Positions 13,701 through 24,031 of a stretch of 64,000 nucleotides of DNA are shown one piece after another. A model generated the notes under the pieces. The model worked only from the letters and a program-made list of their open reading frames with translations, was not told where the DNA came from and did not search any database. The position numbers were made by a program, and so were the translations under genes. Each line of letters begins with the position of its first letter. Position 1 is the first letter of the stretch. Origin of the DNA: Leidyana gryllorum EB-2025a (taxonomy: Eukaryota > Protista > Apicomplexa); assembly GCA_048772705.1 (NCBI GenBank), contig JBLWGC010000194.1:124001-188000 (forward strand), written 5' to 3'.

Positions 13701-14451
13701 TCTGGGCAGTCCACCGGCGTTGGAAGCGTTGACTCGTCAGTCACTGCCAGCAGCAGCTGCGCCACGCATGCCATCCGCGGGTCCACCAGGAACACACAGG
13801 CAGCATGAGACGGGTTTGAGATCGTATGAGCACACCTTTACGTACTCAAATCCTTTACACAGTCAGAGGTCAATTGATGAGCAGTCTTCTCCTGACCAGC
13901 GGGGATGGGCACGAGACGAAGAGCGTCGCACGCGGCGTCGAGTTCCAAGCCCGTCCCCGGGGCCAACGAATAATGACCCTCGATTGGTCTCGCGAGACGG
14001 AGAGCAGTACCTGCCACAGTCCCTCTCCTTCTCACCTCAACCGCCCCAGTCTCCCCTTTCGCGGAGACAACTGCCAGGCAGTGCCAGCCGCTTGAGCGGT
14101 TTGCATCTCGAACCCAGTCAGGTGGTCTTTGCTCAAAGACCCAGCAGCCCTGCTCGGTCGGGACTATCCCGCAACCATGTCTGCTATACTCTGCCGGGTC
14201 CTCCCGCCCAGAGAATGATTGCTGAGCCTCACCCCTCACCTCTAAATAAGTCACCAACGTTCCCCACTCGAGGACGCCCTTTGGGCGGCAGCAGTCTGCG
14301 TAGCCCGACCCCGTTGCACAGCGTCGCTGCTGTGCGATATCTAACTGCTGTACCACCCAGAGGGGAGAGAAGGGAAGCGGTTTTCATCGCGCAGAGTGAG
14401 CACCCGTTTTCCTTCTCCAGAAGGGAGTGGACCCGCCCCGTCTATTCTTAG
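10747..14451 (+). CDS. RING (C3HC4) finger plus two FHA domains, putative phospho-binding E3 ubiquitin ligase; multi-exon
   Basis: [22 protein letters not shown]|YCIS...CPLCR is split by an intron near 11421-11505. FHA1: VDCGSSIGTM...LRDGDILHL. FHA2: VVIGRG...VSREHC...VRDVSSIGTF...LEIGSLFKVGQ. Ser/Pro-rich disordered termini. Confidence 0.8.
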
Positions 14452-14511
14452 TAGCTTTCCGTGTATCCGTTCGCTTCACTAACAGCCATTTCTCTTAGTT
14501 TGTCTCTTCAA

Positions 14512-14895
14512 ATGGCGTCGCGACCCTCTATCTGTTCTTCTCCGTGCGCCAAGTACACCACCGCCTTGGGCAAATGGCTGCAGCCCGCCAGTGCTTCGCT
14601 CACTGCGAGTCCTCTCCACTCACAGCGATGCTGGCACGGAGCGACTAAATCTACCAATAATAGGGAGGAGCGGCCCGTAACCGCCGCTCGTCCGACTGGT
14701 GGCCTCCATGACGACAAAGCGGCTGCGGGGGCTATCGGCGAGGCAGCTGCTCCACCTCCCGCCTACCCCGAGATTCCCCTAAGTTACTACCGAGCCCATC
14801 CTGAGTCTATGGCTTCCATTCAACATCGAGGGTTCTACATTAACTGGATCTGCGCGATTGTAGCACTTGAGCTCCTACGTGAGTGTTTAGACTGA
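14512..14895 (+). CDS. Small predicted single-pass membrane protein, paralog A, with a possible organellar presequence
   Basis: aaATG at 14512. The C-terminal 43 aa (YPEIPLSYYR...RECLD) are 34/43 identical to the gene at 16736-17135. Confidence 0.75.
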   Translation: MASRPSICSSPCAKYTTALGKWLQPASASLTASPLHSQRCWHGATKSTNNREERPVTAARPTGGLHDDKAAAGAIGEAAAPPPAYPEIPLSYYRAHPESMASIQHRGFYINWICAIVALELLRECLD

Positions 14896-14936
14896 TCTCA
14901 GTACCCGATTTTTTTTTATTAACACCAACCATCATC

Positions 14937-16704
14937 ATGTTGAACAAGCTTCAAAAGGCATTCTCGTCCAACTCGTACGATGCGGACCTGGTCGTGATCG
15001 GAGGAGGTAGTGGAGGGATGGCTGCTGCGAAAGAAGCATCCCGTCTCGGTGCCAAAGTTGTGCTGTTCGACTACGTCAAGCCCACCATTCATGGAACAAA
15101 ATGGGGCCTTGGGGGCACATGTGTCAATGTGGGATGCATACCAAAGAAGCTTATGCATCGGAGCGCGCGCCTCGGGCACTCGCTCAAGCACGACGCCAAA
15201 TCCTACGGGTGGCAGGTGGACCCGGAGAAACTCAGTTTTGACTGGGATGAATTGGTTTCGGTAAGTCCAGCGACACTTTTGTCGCCAAAGACTTTATTTC
15301 TCGTCCGCTGTCCATGTCACCTCACCTCACCCGTCTCTTCTAATCTCATATCTCTCTCTCTCTTTCGGCAGACCGTACAAAGTTACATCAAATCGCTGAA
15401 TTTTGGATATAAGAATGGATTGCGAGCTGCAAATGTAACATACATCAATGCATTGGCGACGCTGAAAGATGCGCACACTGTCAAATACCAACTGAAAGGA
15501 GAGGTAAGTCGTTTGACGGCAGTCATTCTCAATCTCTTTGTCCTCGAATTCTATCAGGAGAAGGAGATGACGGCCGCTCACATCCTGATCGCAGTGGGTG
15601 GACGTCCCGTGGTTCCCGTTGACTCGGCCGTGCCCGGTGCCATGGAGCACGCCATTACCTCGGATGACATCTTCAGTTTGAAGCGCTCCCCAGGCAAGAC
15701 GCTTGTGGTTGGCGCCTCATACATTGCGTTGGAATGTGCGGGATTCCTGACTGAAATGGGTTTTGACACAACGGTGGCGGTACGGTCTATCTTTTTGAGA
15801 GGCTTTGATCGCCAATGTGCGGAGAAGATTGGGGCTGTGATGAAGGAGTTGGGTACAAAGTTCCTGATGGGAACACAACCGACGGAGATCCGCAAGTTGG
15901 AAGACGGCAGATTCTCTGTTACATTCACCAACCAGCCCACCGACATCTTCGACACAGTGTTGTACGCCGTGGGACGCTCGCCCTGCACGGATGGGCTCAA
16001 CCTGGACGCTGTGGGAGTGAAGATGAGTGTTGATGGCAAAATCGAGACAGACGATCACGACTGCTCGAGTGTGCCAAATATTTATGCCGTGGGAGATGTG
16101 GCCAAAGGACGGCCCGAACTGACGCCTGTGGCCATCAAAGCCGGCGAGCTCCTGGCTCGACGCTTGTTCCTGAAGGGATTCTCCGAGTTGATGGATTACC
16201 TCAACGTTCCCACAACTGTGTTCACTCCGGTTGAGTATGGCTGTTGCGGTCTCAGTGAGGAGGACGCGATAGCCAAGTACGGCGAGGCCAATGTGGAGAC
16301 ATACCTGTTCGAGTTTTCACCGGTCGAAGTCTCGGCAGCACACTGGGAGAAAGTTGAAGCGACGCGCGAGGACGAGTATGATACCTCGCTGCAAGCGGTG
16401 AACCTCTCCAAGTTGGTGTGCCTCAAAACTCATCACGAGCAAGTGATCGGTTTCCATTGCATTGGTCTGAACGTAAGTGGTGCGGTTGTGTGTCTCATAC
16501 TTTACTTTGTGTGAAAATCAGGCGGGCGAGATGACTCAAGGCTATGGACTGGCAGTGAAGGCTGGTCTGACCAAAAAACATTTCGACTCCGTCGTCGGAA
16601 TACACCCCACAGATGCGGAGAGTTTCCACTCAATGACTATCACGAGACGTTCCGGAGAGAACTGGGTTGCTAGTGGTGGCTGTGGTGGCGGAAAGTGTGG
16701 ATGA
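14937..16704 (+). CDS. TrxR: High-Mr thioredoxin reductase, apicomplexan type; introns 15261-15371, 15504-15557, 16473-16521
   Basis: VIGGGSGG FAD motif, GGTCVNVGCIPKK active site, GASYIALE NADPH motif, HPTDAE, and C-terminal GCGGGKCG (CxxxxC centre as in Plasmodium TrxR). Confidence 0.97.
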
Positions 16705-16735
16705 TTAGGTAGAAAGATTAAAAAACCTACAACTG

Positions 16736-17135
16736 ATGAGCAACGGATTGAACCCTTCTTCATCTATCTCTCGGGTGTTGACATCGTCCCTGTTCGGGAG
16801 GGCTGCGTCGTCACTCGCTGCCCGCGCAGCAGCATCCAACGTGAATAACAACCATCGAACAGTAACGAGCCGTCAGGTGAGTGAGCTATGTGCACGTGAT
16901 ACATACAGCCACCCGTTTGCAGGTACCGCCACTATCGGTTCGACGATGGGACAGCGCACTACCGAGTGAGGCAGCCCAAAATCGGGCCAAGATTCGTGTC
17001 TCCTACCCGGAAATTCCGCTGGATTACTACCGTGCCCAACCCCAAAGTATGGCTTCCATTCAACATCGAGCTTTCTACATTAACTGGCTGGCGATCATCG
17101 TTGCACTTGAGCTCATGAGGGAGTGTTACGACTGA
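16736..17135 (+). CDS. Small predicted single-pass membrane protein, paralog B; intron 16877-16922
   Basis: Exon 1 is Ser/Ala/Arg-rich with no acidic residues (MSNGLNPSSSISRVLTSSLFGRAASSLAARAAA...) and splices in frame to ...YPEIPLDYYRAQPQSMASIQHRAFYINWLAIIVALELMRECYD. Confidence 0.78.
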
Positions 17136-17179
17136 AATAATTAGATCTTCGTGCTTGAGTGCATGCATTGATTGATTGA

Positions 17180-17792
17180 TATGGCACCGACCAACCATGT
17201 GCCGGCTTCAACACCTCTGCTTGGACAGGATCCTGTCAACCTAGCAATCGAGGATACCAAGCTGCCCGACCGGGGAGGTCAATCATCTTCTCCCTCGGGG
17301 CTGCCCCCCAGACCGCCCCGCAGTCCACAACAGCCCGAGTCGCGATCCTCCACCAAACGTGTCCGATCCAGAAGCACTGTTAGATCGAATTTTTATCGAT
17401 CGAGCAGGTCGCAGGCGCCACCGCCGGGCCCACGGTCAAATCATCACCCGCAAGGCTGGACGAAAACCCCGAGTCAATCCAACATGAGAGGTCCGCAATT
17501 GCACCACACCGGCATGAGTGACCTGCAGATCCTCTTACGAGAAAACATGGAACTGAGTCACGATGTTAGACACCTTCGCGAACAATTGGACAAATATCGA
17601 GGCATTGAGGATCGTCTGCACAAATTAGCCAGTCTGGCAATTCGGTTTGCCCAACACGGGGGCAAACCTGAGGCTTACAATCAGGAGCTGGCCGATGTGG
17701 CCATGCCAGTCAACTTTACTCCAGAGTGCTACAAGTTCATTCAAGAAGTTCGTAAGATCGAAAAAGGTTCATGGGACCGCCGAAATGGCTGA
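17180..17792 (+). CDS. Hypothetical protein with disordered N-terminus and coiled coil
   Basis: Single ORF; heptad-like segment LQILLRENMELSHDVRHLREQLDKYRGIEDRL. Confidence 0.6.
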
Positions 17793-18035
17793 TGGAACAA
17801 CCGAACTGCATCTATCTTCTTCTTCTCGTCACAAAAGCCAGACATTTCCTTCACAATGAGTGTATATATAGTTCCACTATGTCCTGCATTGAGAACCACC
17901 ACTTTTTTGAGCTTCCAAGATCAGATTGCTAGCGAAGGCGTGGGCATATATTGGGTGCAATCCCGGTTTGAGTTTGTTGTCGAGGCTACGATATCACTGT
18001 CTGGGGCAGGAAAAAACTGGCTTCATTCGAGTGGC

Positions 18036-19718
18036 TCACTTGAAGGGGTTCTCTGGGTCAGAGCCAGGCGTGAATGCCTGGGCCTCCCAGCGCCCTTCCT
18101 TCTTCATCTTCTGGATGTGGGCTTCTGCATCCACATCGGGGCGGACACTTTTGATCCCTTCAATGATGGCCGACTCAATTGAGCTGTAAGCGGGGCCAGC
18201 AGGCCCGCAGTAAAAGAACTTGCATTCGGGGTCGTCCACCAAGTAGGAGCACATTAATTCAGGATTCTCGCGCATACGAGTTCCGGGAGTGATAAATTCC
18301 TCCTGATCGTGAGAGAAGGCGGTCACCAACTCCAACGCGCCTGTCGCTGAGTACTCCTCAAACTCGTCAGCGAAGAAGAAGTCTTGCTTCTCATGACGCA
18401 CTCCGTAGTACAACAGCATCTTGCCTGCAGGCTTCTTCTCGATAGTCCGGAGGCAGTGGAAATGCTGGGTGATCCCCCGCAGCATAGCCACACCGGAACC
18501 GAGCGCAACGCCGAGATATCTGGTATTCTCACCGTCTACCTGGACTTCCTTGAAGCCCTTCTTCAGTGTCATGTGGACCTGGTCTCCAGCCTTGAGCTGA
18601 CTCATGTACGTTGTGGCCTGACCCTTGAAAATATCACCAGTGCTGGTCGGGTAGCTGATCACAGTGTACACGCACTGTACTTGGTTGGGATCGCGCAAGG
18701 GAGAGCAGGAGGCCGAGTAGCTGCGCGGCTTCAGAGGAGTGAGGACCGACAAGGCCTGATCCAGCGTAAGCTGCAGAGACGGGAACTTCTCCAGAGCATC
18801 GACGAAGCTGAAGACGCCACGGAGAGCCTGGCTGTAGGGCGAATCTTTGGTCATATCCGTCGCCATCTGGGTCAGCTCAGCGGCCTCCTTCTCATCAGAT
18901 GCCAAGAGAGCAGCGGTGGCCAAGAATTTGCGGGTTGCCAAACCCTGCAAGTTGACGTAGTACTTGAGCAGAGTTTTGACAACAACACCACGCGAAGGGT
19001 AAGTCTCCACCTTGGCTCCATCCATCCCCAAGATTTCGACTATCTCATCCCCAGTCATCCGGAGGGCACGAAGAGCTCTCTCGACTACGGAATCCTCGTT
19101 CACTGGAAGAATAACGACATGATCTCCAGTGCTGTATTGCAAACCAGATCCCTCAATGTCGAGGGTCAAAAGGTACGAGGGTCTCGGATACTCTGGCGAG
19201 GTGAGCAGTTTGTTCTCAACAACTTTCGATGTGTGATACGCTTTTGGTTTCGGGGTGGGCGAAGCCTCGTCCCGCTTTTCTACCACAAAGCGGCTCGGGA
19301 AACGAGAGGGCAAACCGCCCTTCTCCAAAGCCAACCATAAATCGCTCATCCACGCCGTGAAGTCGTGCGGGAGCTCAGCAAGCTTTGTATACGGAAGGAG
19401 GGCGTGAGCGCCGCTTTTCTCCAAGGCTGCGTGCACCATGTCGGCGTAAGTGCAGTTCGCGGTTGCCAGCACCGCGTACGTGAATCCCGAGGGCAACTTA
19501 TCCGAGGAAGCGAGGATCTCCAATGCCTGCGGCTGGGTCTGACCGTCCAGGATCAGGACGGGAATACCATCCTCTCCCAAGGAGGCAACACCAGCTTCGT
19601 CGATAGAAACGTGTCGGACAGCGAAATCACGGGCTTCGGCGAACAGAGTAAATACTTTGGCATATTTGCGCCCACACTCCAGGAAGTCTGAGTAGATGGT
19701 GAGTTGGCGTTCGGGCAT
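18036..19718 (-). CDS. NADPH-cytochrome P450 reductase-like (FAD/NADP-binding, FNR-type) protein with a degenerate flavodoxin domain
   Basis: Intronless 560-aa ORF with YSTGDHVVILPVN, LKPRSYSASCSP (RxYS FAD motif), GQATTYM, LGSGVAMLRG (cf. GTGIAPFRG), YYGVRHEKQDF, AFSHDQ and FYCGPAG. Confidence 0.85.
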   Translation of the reverse strand: MPERQLTIYSDFLECGRKYAKVFTLFAEARDFAVRHVSIDEAGVASLGEDGIPVLILDGQTQPQALEILASSDKLPSGFTYAVLATANCTYADMVHAALEKSGAHALLPYTKLAELPHDFTAWMSDLWLALEKGGLPSRFPSRFVVEKRDEASPTPKPKAYHTSKVVENKLLTSPEYPRPSYLLTLDIEGSGLQYSTGDHVVILPVNEDSVVERALRALRMTGDEIVEILGMDGAKVETYPSRGVVVKTLLKYYVNLQGLATRKFLATAALLASDEKEAAELTQMATDMTKDSPYSQALRGVFSFVDALEKFPSLQLTLDQALSVLTPLKPRSYSASCSPLRDPNQVQCVYTVISYPTSTGDIFKGQATTYMSQLKAGDQVHMTLKKGFKEVQVDGENTRYLGVALGSGVAMLRGITQHFHCLRTIEKKPAGKMLLYYGVRHEKQDFFFADEFEEYSATGALELVTAFSHDQEEFITPGTRMRENPELMCSYLVDDPECKFFYCGPAGPAYSSIESAIIEGIKSVRPDVDAEAHIQKMKKEGRWEAQAFTPGSDPENPFK

Positions 19719-19878
19719 TATGGTGGACGTTCAAGGAATGAAAAAAAGTACCTATGGCTGGCAAAAAAAAGCAGTCACGTTTCAGATATAGATTGGGACG
19801 CACCCATTTCCCATCAGCCGGATCCACAGTTCACCCAGTCTCCCAATGGTGCACAGATAAACTGTATCTACCAATGAT

Positions 19879-22518
19879 CTAATTGCGCCTCCCGTGTTCA
19901 CGCAATACTTCAATCGCTACAGTATCTCTGATTGCCGATACATCTCGAGCGAAAACCTCTGACGTCGAGACTAAGGAGCTGTACACTATGACGCTGCAAA
20001 TTAAGATCTGTGTATAACACCAACTCTCCTGTTGGCCACAACTCACTCTGGACGTTTGGCTTGGAAGGCAAAGAAACACGAGCTTGGATGGATCAGAACA
20101 GGGCTCTTGGTGGTCTCGCACACGTAGACTGTCGCACCCTCCTCTACCATTTCATTCGGATCCGTTGCCCTTTTGGAGGCGATCTGGAGAAACAGCCCAC
20201 GGCAAAGACAAATCCGAATCACGTCGTGTGCCTTGGGGATGTCTTCAGGTTCGCTGTGAAAGTTCAATACTGAGCTGATATTTGAAACCCCAAACTCCTT
20301 CCGACTCAATAAAACCTCCTTGAGTTGGTCGCGGACCTGCTTTGCTCGTTGAAAGTGGCGACTGTCAACTCCCACGAGGTGGCAAAAACGGGTCCGATCC
20401 GATGCCTAAAGGCGGCGAAGAAAAGATTGACACTGCGTGCTGCGGTCTTACCCTATCCCAAGCGTTGTAGAGGTTCAACATTCCAATGTGATCGCTGTCG
20501 GGGATCAGCAGCCGCTTGCGGAAGTTCCAGAGTCTCGCGGCCTCTTCGCTTGACACATAATCCATTGGGGGGAACCACACAACGTCCAGTGACAGCATTG
20601 AAATGATGGTGAGTATCTCAGCTACACACCCACTCGTCAGCGATTGCAAAAGCACATTCGCCCAGATCACGGGAAGGGGTAAAGAGCTCAGTTTTTTACT
20701 GTTCAGAGTGACAATGATTGGTTAGAAAGCTGAAAGATGATAGATCACTCACCCTTTATCCGAAAGCTGCACTCCGTCTGGGCTGAGCGCACCCAGAGCC
20801 CGGAGTAGCGTAACTCCAGCAGTCACAGCCTCCACAGGAGGGGGAGTTGGCAAAGGCCAATCAGTGATGGCCGAGACGGCTTTGAGAGTGATCCCTTCCA
20901 GCAAGGGATTCATGGCAGTGAAGTCCAGAATGATGTCTGCTAATTCTGATCGTACAATCTCGGGTGCAGTGTGGGGGTCGAGCTTGTTGAAGGCGGCTTG
21001 TGGCATTATACGATAGGTGGTACCCTCGGCCACACGTCCAGCTCGACCACTCCTCTGCTTAGCCATGGCAGCGGATACATTCACAGTTGTGAGAGTCGAT
21101 CCAATCTTCAGCTTTACTTTGCCACTGTCCACCACATACCGAACTCCTGGAAGCGTCAAAGACGTTTCAGCAATGTTTGTGGAGATTATAATCTTGCGAT
21201 GCCGGTCAGAGGGCGGTGTCTCGAAGACCTTCTGTTGCTCTTGGAATGAGAGAGCGGCATACAGAGGGTATATTTCGACTATTTGTTCTAATATGTCGGC
21301 TTCGAGTCCAGTTTTTTGCCCTCCATGGACGCTCTGAGGTGTCTTCCATGTCATCGCCTCCACTTCCACCGAGGTTGAGGGGTTAGCGGCGACCTCGCGC
21401 AGGTGAGAGCTCATTCGCTCCAATTCCGCCGGGGAGAGGTCGTCGTGAGTGATACCGAAACGATCATTGAGGAACGTTCCCAGCGATGTCTCGCGAGTCT
21501 TTAAGAACGCGTGTCTCAGTTCCTTGTCTTCCTTCAAGGCGGCGACTACGCGCTTAATCAATGTCAACGATTTTTGGAATTGTTGGAAAGTACCGAGCTT
21601 CTCCGTCAAGAAGCGCTTCAATGACAAGATTTCATCACTTCCAGGCAGGAAGACGAGTATGTCTCCTCGGCTCGTGGATGTGATGAGCTGACAAACAGCG
21701 TTCCCACAAGCCTCTATATAGTCCTCGACGGGATTCCGGGTGTATAAGTGAGTCACTGGGAAGGTGCGTCCCTGTATATGCAGATGCGTAGCGGATAAGT
21801 CCACTTGCTGGAAGAAGTTCAGAATGGCTTGTAGATCCATCGTGGCGGACATAATGATGAGCTTCAACGGGGGCATTGAGCTCGACTTTTTCCGTGCCAA
21901 CAATGCCAGTTGACAGAGACCCAATAACTGATCAATACGGACACTCCTTTCGTGAGCTTCATCGATAATCACGTATTCATACTTGGCAAATAACGACGCC
22001 GCCCCACCACCAGCTCCCATCAAACACTCCCGAATTAATAAACCGTCGGTCGCAAAGGTGATCCGGGTTTGGGCCGATCGCTTCTCGTCGAATCTCACCC
22101 GGTAGCCCACCAGTCCACCCAAAGCATAGTTGACTCTGGGACGAACATCTTTTAGACCCTGCAGTATCCGTTTATCCTTCGATAACTGATCAGCAACTCG
22201 ATCTGCTATGCTGGTGGCCGCTACCCGTCGTGGCTGTGTCACTATTATGCGAGGTGGCAAACAATGGTCACTGGCTGCCCTCCTCGCTAAAATATGTGGT
22301 ACGCCGCTTGTCTTCCCACATCCCGTATCTCCTGTGATGACACAAACATCGAACCGGTCTATCGATCTCAAAATAGCACTTGTCTGCTCGAAAACAGGCA
22401 ATTGAGTGCCTCCCCCACTGGCAGTCGCCCTCAGATTAGCGAAATCCAAGCCCTGAACTCGCCGTATCTTAGGACTCGCCATTGCTTTTTTTTTGGTTTC
22501 TACCCAACCCCCGTCCAT
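19879..22518 (-). CDS. DEAH-box RNA helicase (DHX33/Dhr2/Prp43-like) with HA2 and OB domains; 3 introns near the 3' end
   Basis: GDTGCGKT, TQPRRVAA, GYRVRFD, DEAHERS, SAT, FLPG, STNIAETSLT, QRSGRAGR. Spliced C-terminal exons give SDHIGMLNLY, IHPSS and VIVYSSLVSTSEVFARDVSAI. Confidence 0.92.
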
Positions 22519-22710
22519 AAAGATATCCTCCAGATTTTGAACCGTACTGCCAGTATTCAATGCCTTTTTGACGTACAGAGGACAGATATTGAGAGATTGA
22601 GAGATCGGGGATGGAAGAGAGAATCTAATGATTTAAAAATGGAATAGAGGTTGATGACAACATTACATTATGTGCCAAAAGAGCCGCTCCAGGTCCGATT
22701 GACATTGAAA

Positions 22711-23307
22711 CTACTTTTGCACCTGAAGCTTGAGGTGTTGCGGCCTCTGACGGAGCCGAATGACAATTTCATCGCAGCCGGGTTCACCACATTCTCCATT
22801 TTCTTCCTCGGTCGCAGAGCCATTTGTTGGCAAGGTGGAGGAAGCTGCTACTTTGGTCGGCTGGAGCGTAGTCGTCGTGCTGTCAGAGCTCGCAGATGTT
22901 GGCAAAGTAGTCGTCGGGCTGGTGGTCGTTGGCAATTCAGTCGCAGGTGCTTCAGTCGCAGGTGCTTCAGTCGCAGGTGCTTCAGTCGCAGGTGCTTCGG
23001 TCGCAGGTGCTTCAGTCGCCGGTACCTCACTTTCGACCGAGGTGGTAGCGATGATCGTGAGCGGCGAACCAATCTGCACAGAGACCGAGGTTTCATAATC
23101 AGTTTCAGAAGTCTCTTGAGCTGTGGTCTGGGTTTGCCCCCCTCCCACACTGACGGACGCATCTGTAGCTAGTACATAGGTCACGTCATCTTCTGTCAGG
23201 TCCCTGATCTCCTCCAGCGTTTCCGCTGGGATCAAGGTAAAGTGTGTGGTCTGTAGAACAGAGCACTGGATGAGGGGCAGTACAGCACAAAGATAGAAAA
23301 GCTTCAT
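22711..23307 (-). CDS. Secreted mucin-like protein, short paralog (~198 aa)
   Basis: MKLFYLCAVLPLIQC signal peptide; Thr/Ser/Glu-rich; (PATEA)6; N- and C-terminal modules homologous to the gene at 24032-26693. Confidence 0.8.
   Translation of the reverse strand: MKLFYLCAVLPLIQCSVLQTTHFTLIPAETLEEIRDLTEDDVTYVLATDASVSVGGGQTQTTAQETSETDYETSVSVQIGSPLTIIATTSVESEVPATEAPATEAPATEAPATEAPATEAPATELPTTTSPTTTLPTSASSDSTTTTLQPTKVAASSTLPTNGSATEEENGECGEPGCDEIVIRLRQRPQHLKLQVQK
22936..23025 (-). repeat. Coding tandem repeat, 6 x 15 nt (ttcagtcgcaggtgc on + strand; encodes PATEA)
   Basis: Directly visible. Confidence 0.95.
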
Positions 23308-24031
23308 TCTAGCAATTCTTAAACTTGGATAGTGGGAAAGATCAGAGAGAGAGTTAGTCGGATTCTGTAATTCACTGTTGAAGCGACCAAGGAGACGGCG
23401 ATGCACACAGATGAAACAAACGCGTCTCTGTCTACCAGGAGACGGCATGTGAATCAGCAGCGGGACAAGGCAAGTATCACGCACTGGTGCCTACTATTGC
23501 CCCCTTAGTCCCGGGTATGGTCAAAATGGGTCTGGCTGAGAGCTGTGTCAACACATTCACAGCTTTGAATGATCAGAATCATGTATGGGTAGATTCAGGG
23601 GATGGGGGTCATTATTTAAGGCAGACTACTTTCACACAGTGATAACATCGCGTCGAAGTTCTGACTAGCGATTGGTCAGCGGTTTCGCAAACCGTCCAAA
23701 GAGTGCTGTGGACACGTTGTGTTCTGTTGTTCACGAGGGAAGGAGACGACCTGGTTATATGGCCGACCTTCACCGAGTCACCCTCAATACGCGGTGTACT
23801 AATTTAACGACACTGGGGCATCTGAGCACTGCAGCACTTTGTGAAAAGTCCCACTTTATAACGCACATCCTCCTCACCTAACAAAACCTCAAACCACGTG
23901 GACATTTTGCGTCAACTAATGCCCATTTGAGAGCGTCTGCGCTGATGAGTCCGATAGAGATATCTTCACGTGAAAACTCAATACTTTACTTCATACGAAA
24001 CATTGATCAGCTAACTAATAAACTAAACGAA

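Noticed and set aside
14605-14663. Possible GC-AG intron in small protein A
   Set aside because: Removing 59 nt shifts the frame and hits a stop before the conserved module. The unspliced frame is intact.
16690-16710. Selenocysteine readthrough of the TrxR TGA
   Set aside because: The CGGGKC redox pair is complete before the TGA, as in Sec-free apicomplexan TrxR. There is no GCUG motif and no room for a SECIS in the 31-nt spacer.
17160-17167. TGCATGCA ApiAP2-type motif just upstream of the 17180 ATG
   Set aside because: A single 8-mer is expected about once by chance in 64 kb, so it is not supportable alone.
18384-19340. 318-aa plus-strand ORF, and similar antisense ORFs at 7291-7884, 47952-49070 and 58498-59166
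   Set aside because: Antisense shadows of opposite-strand genes with biased codon use; no motifs.
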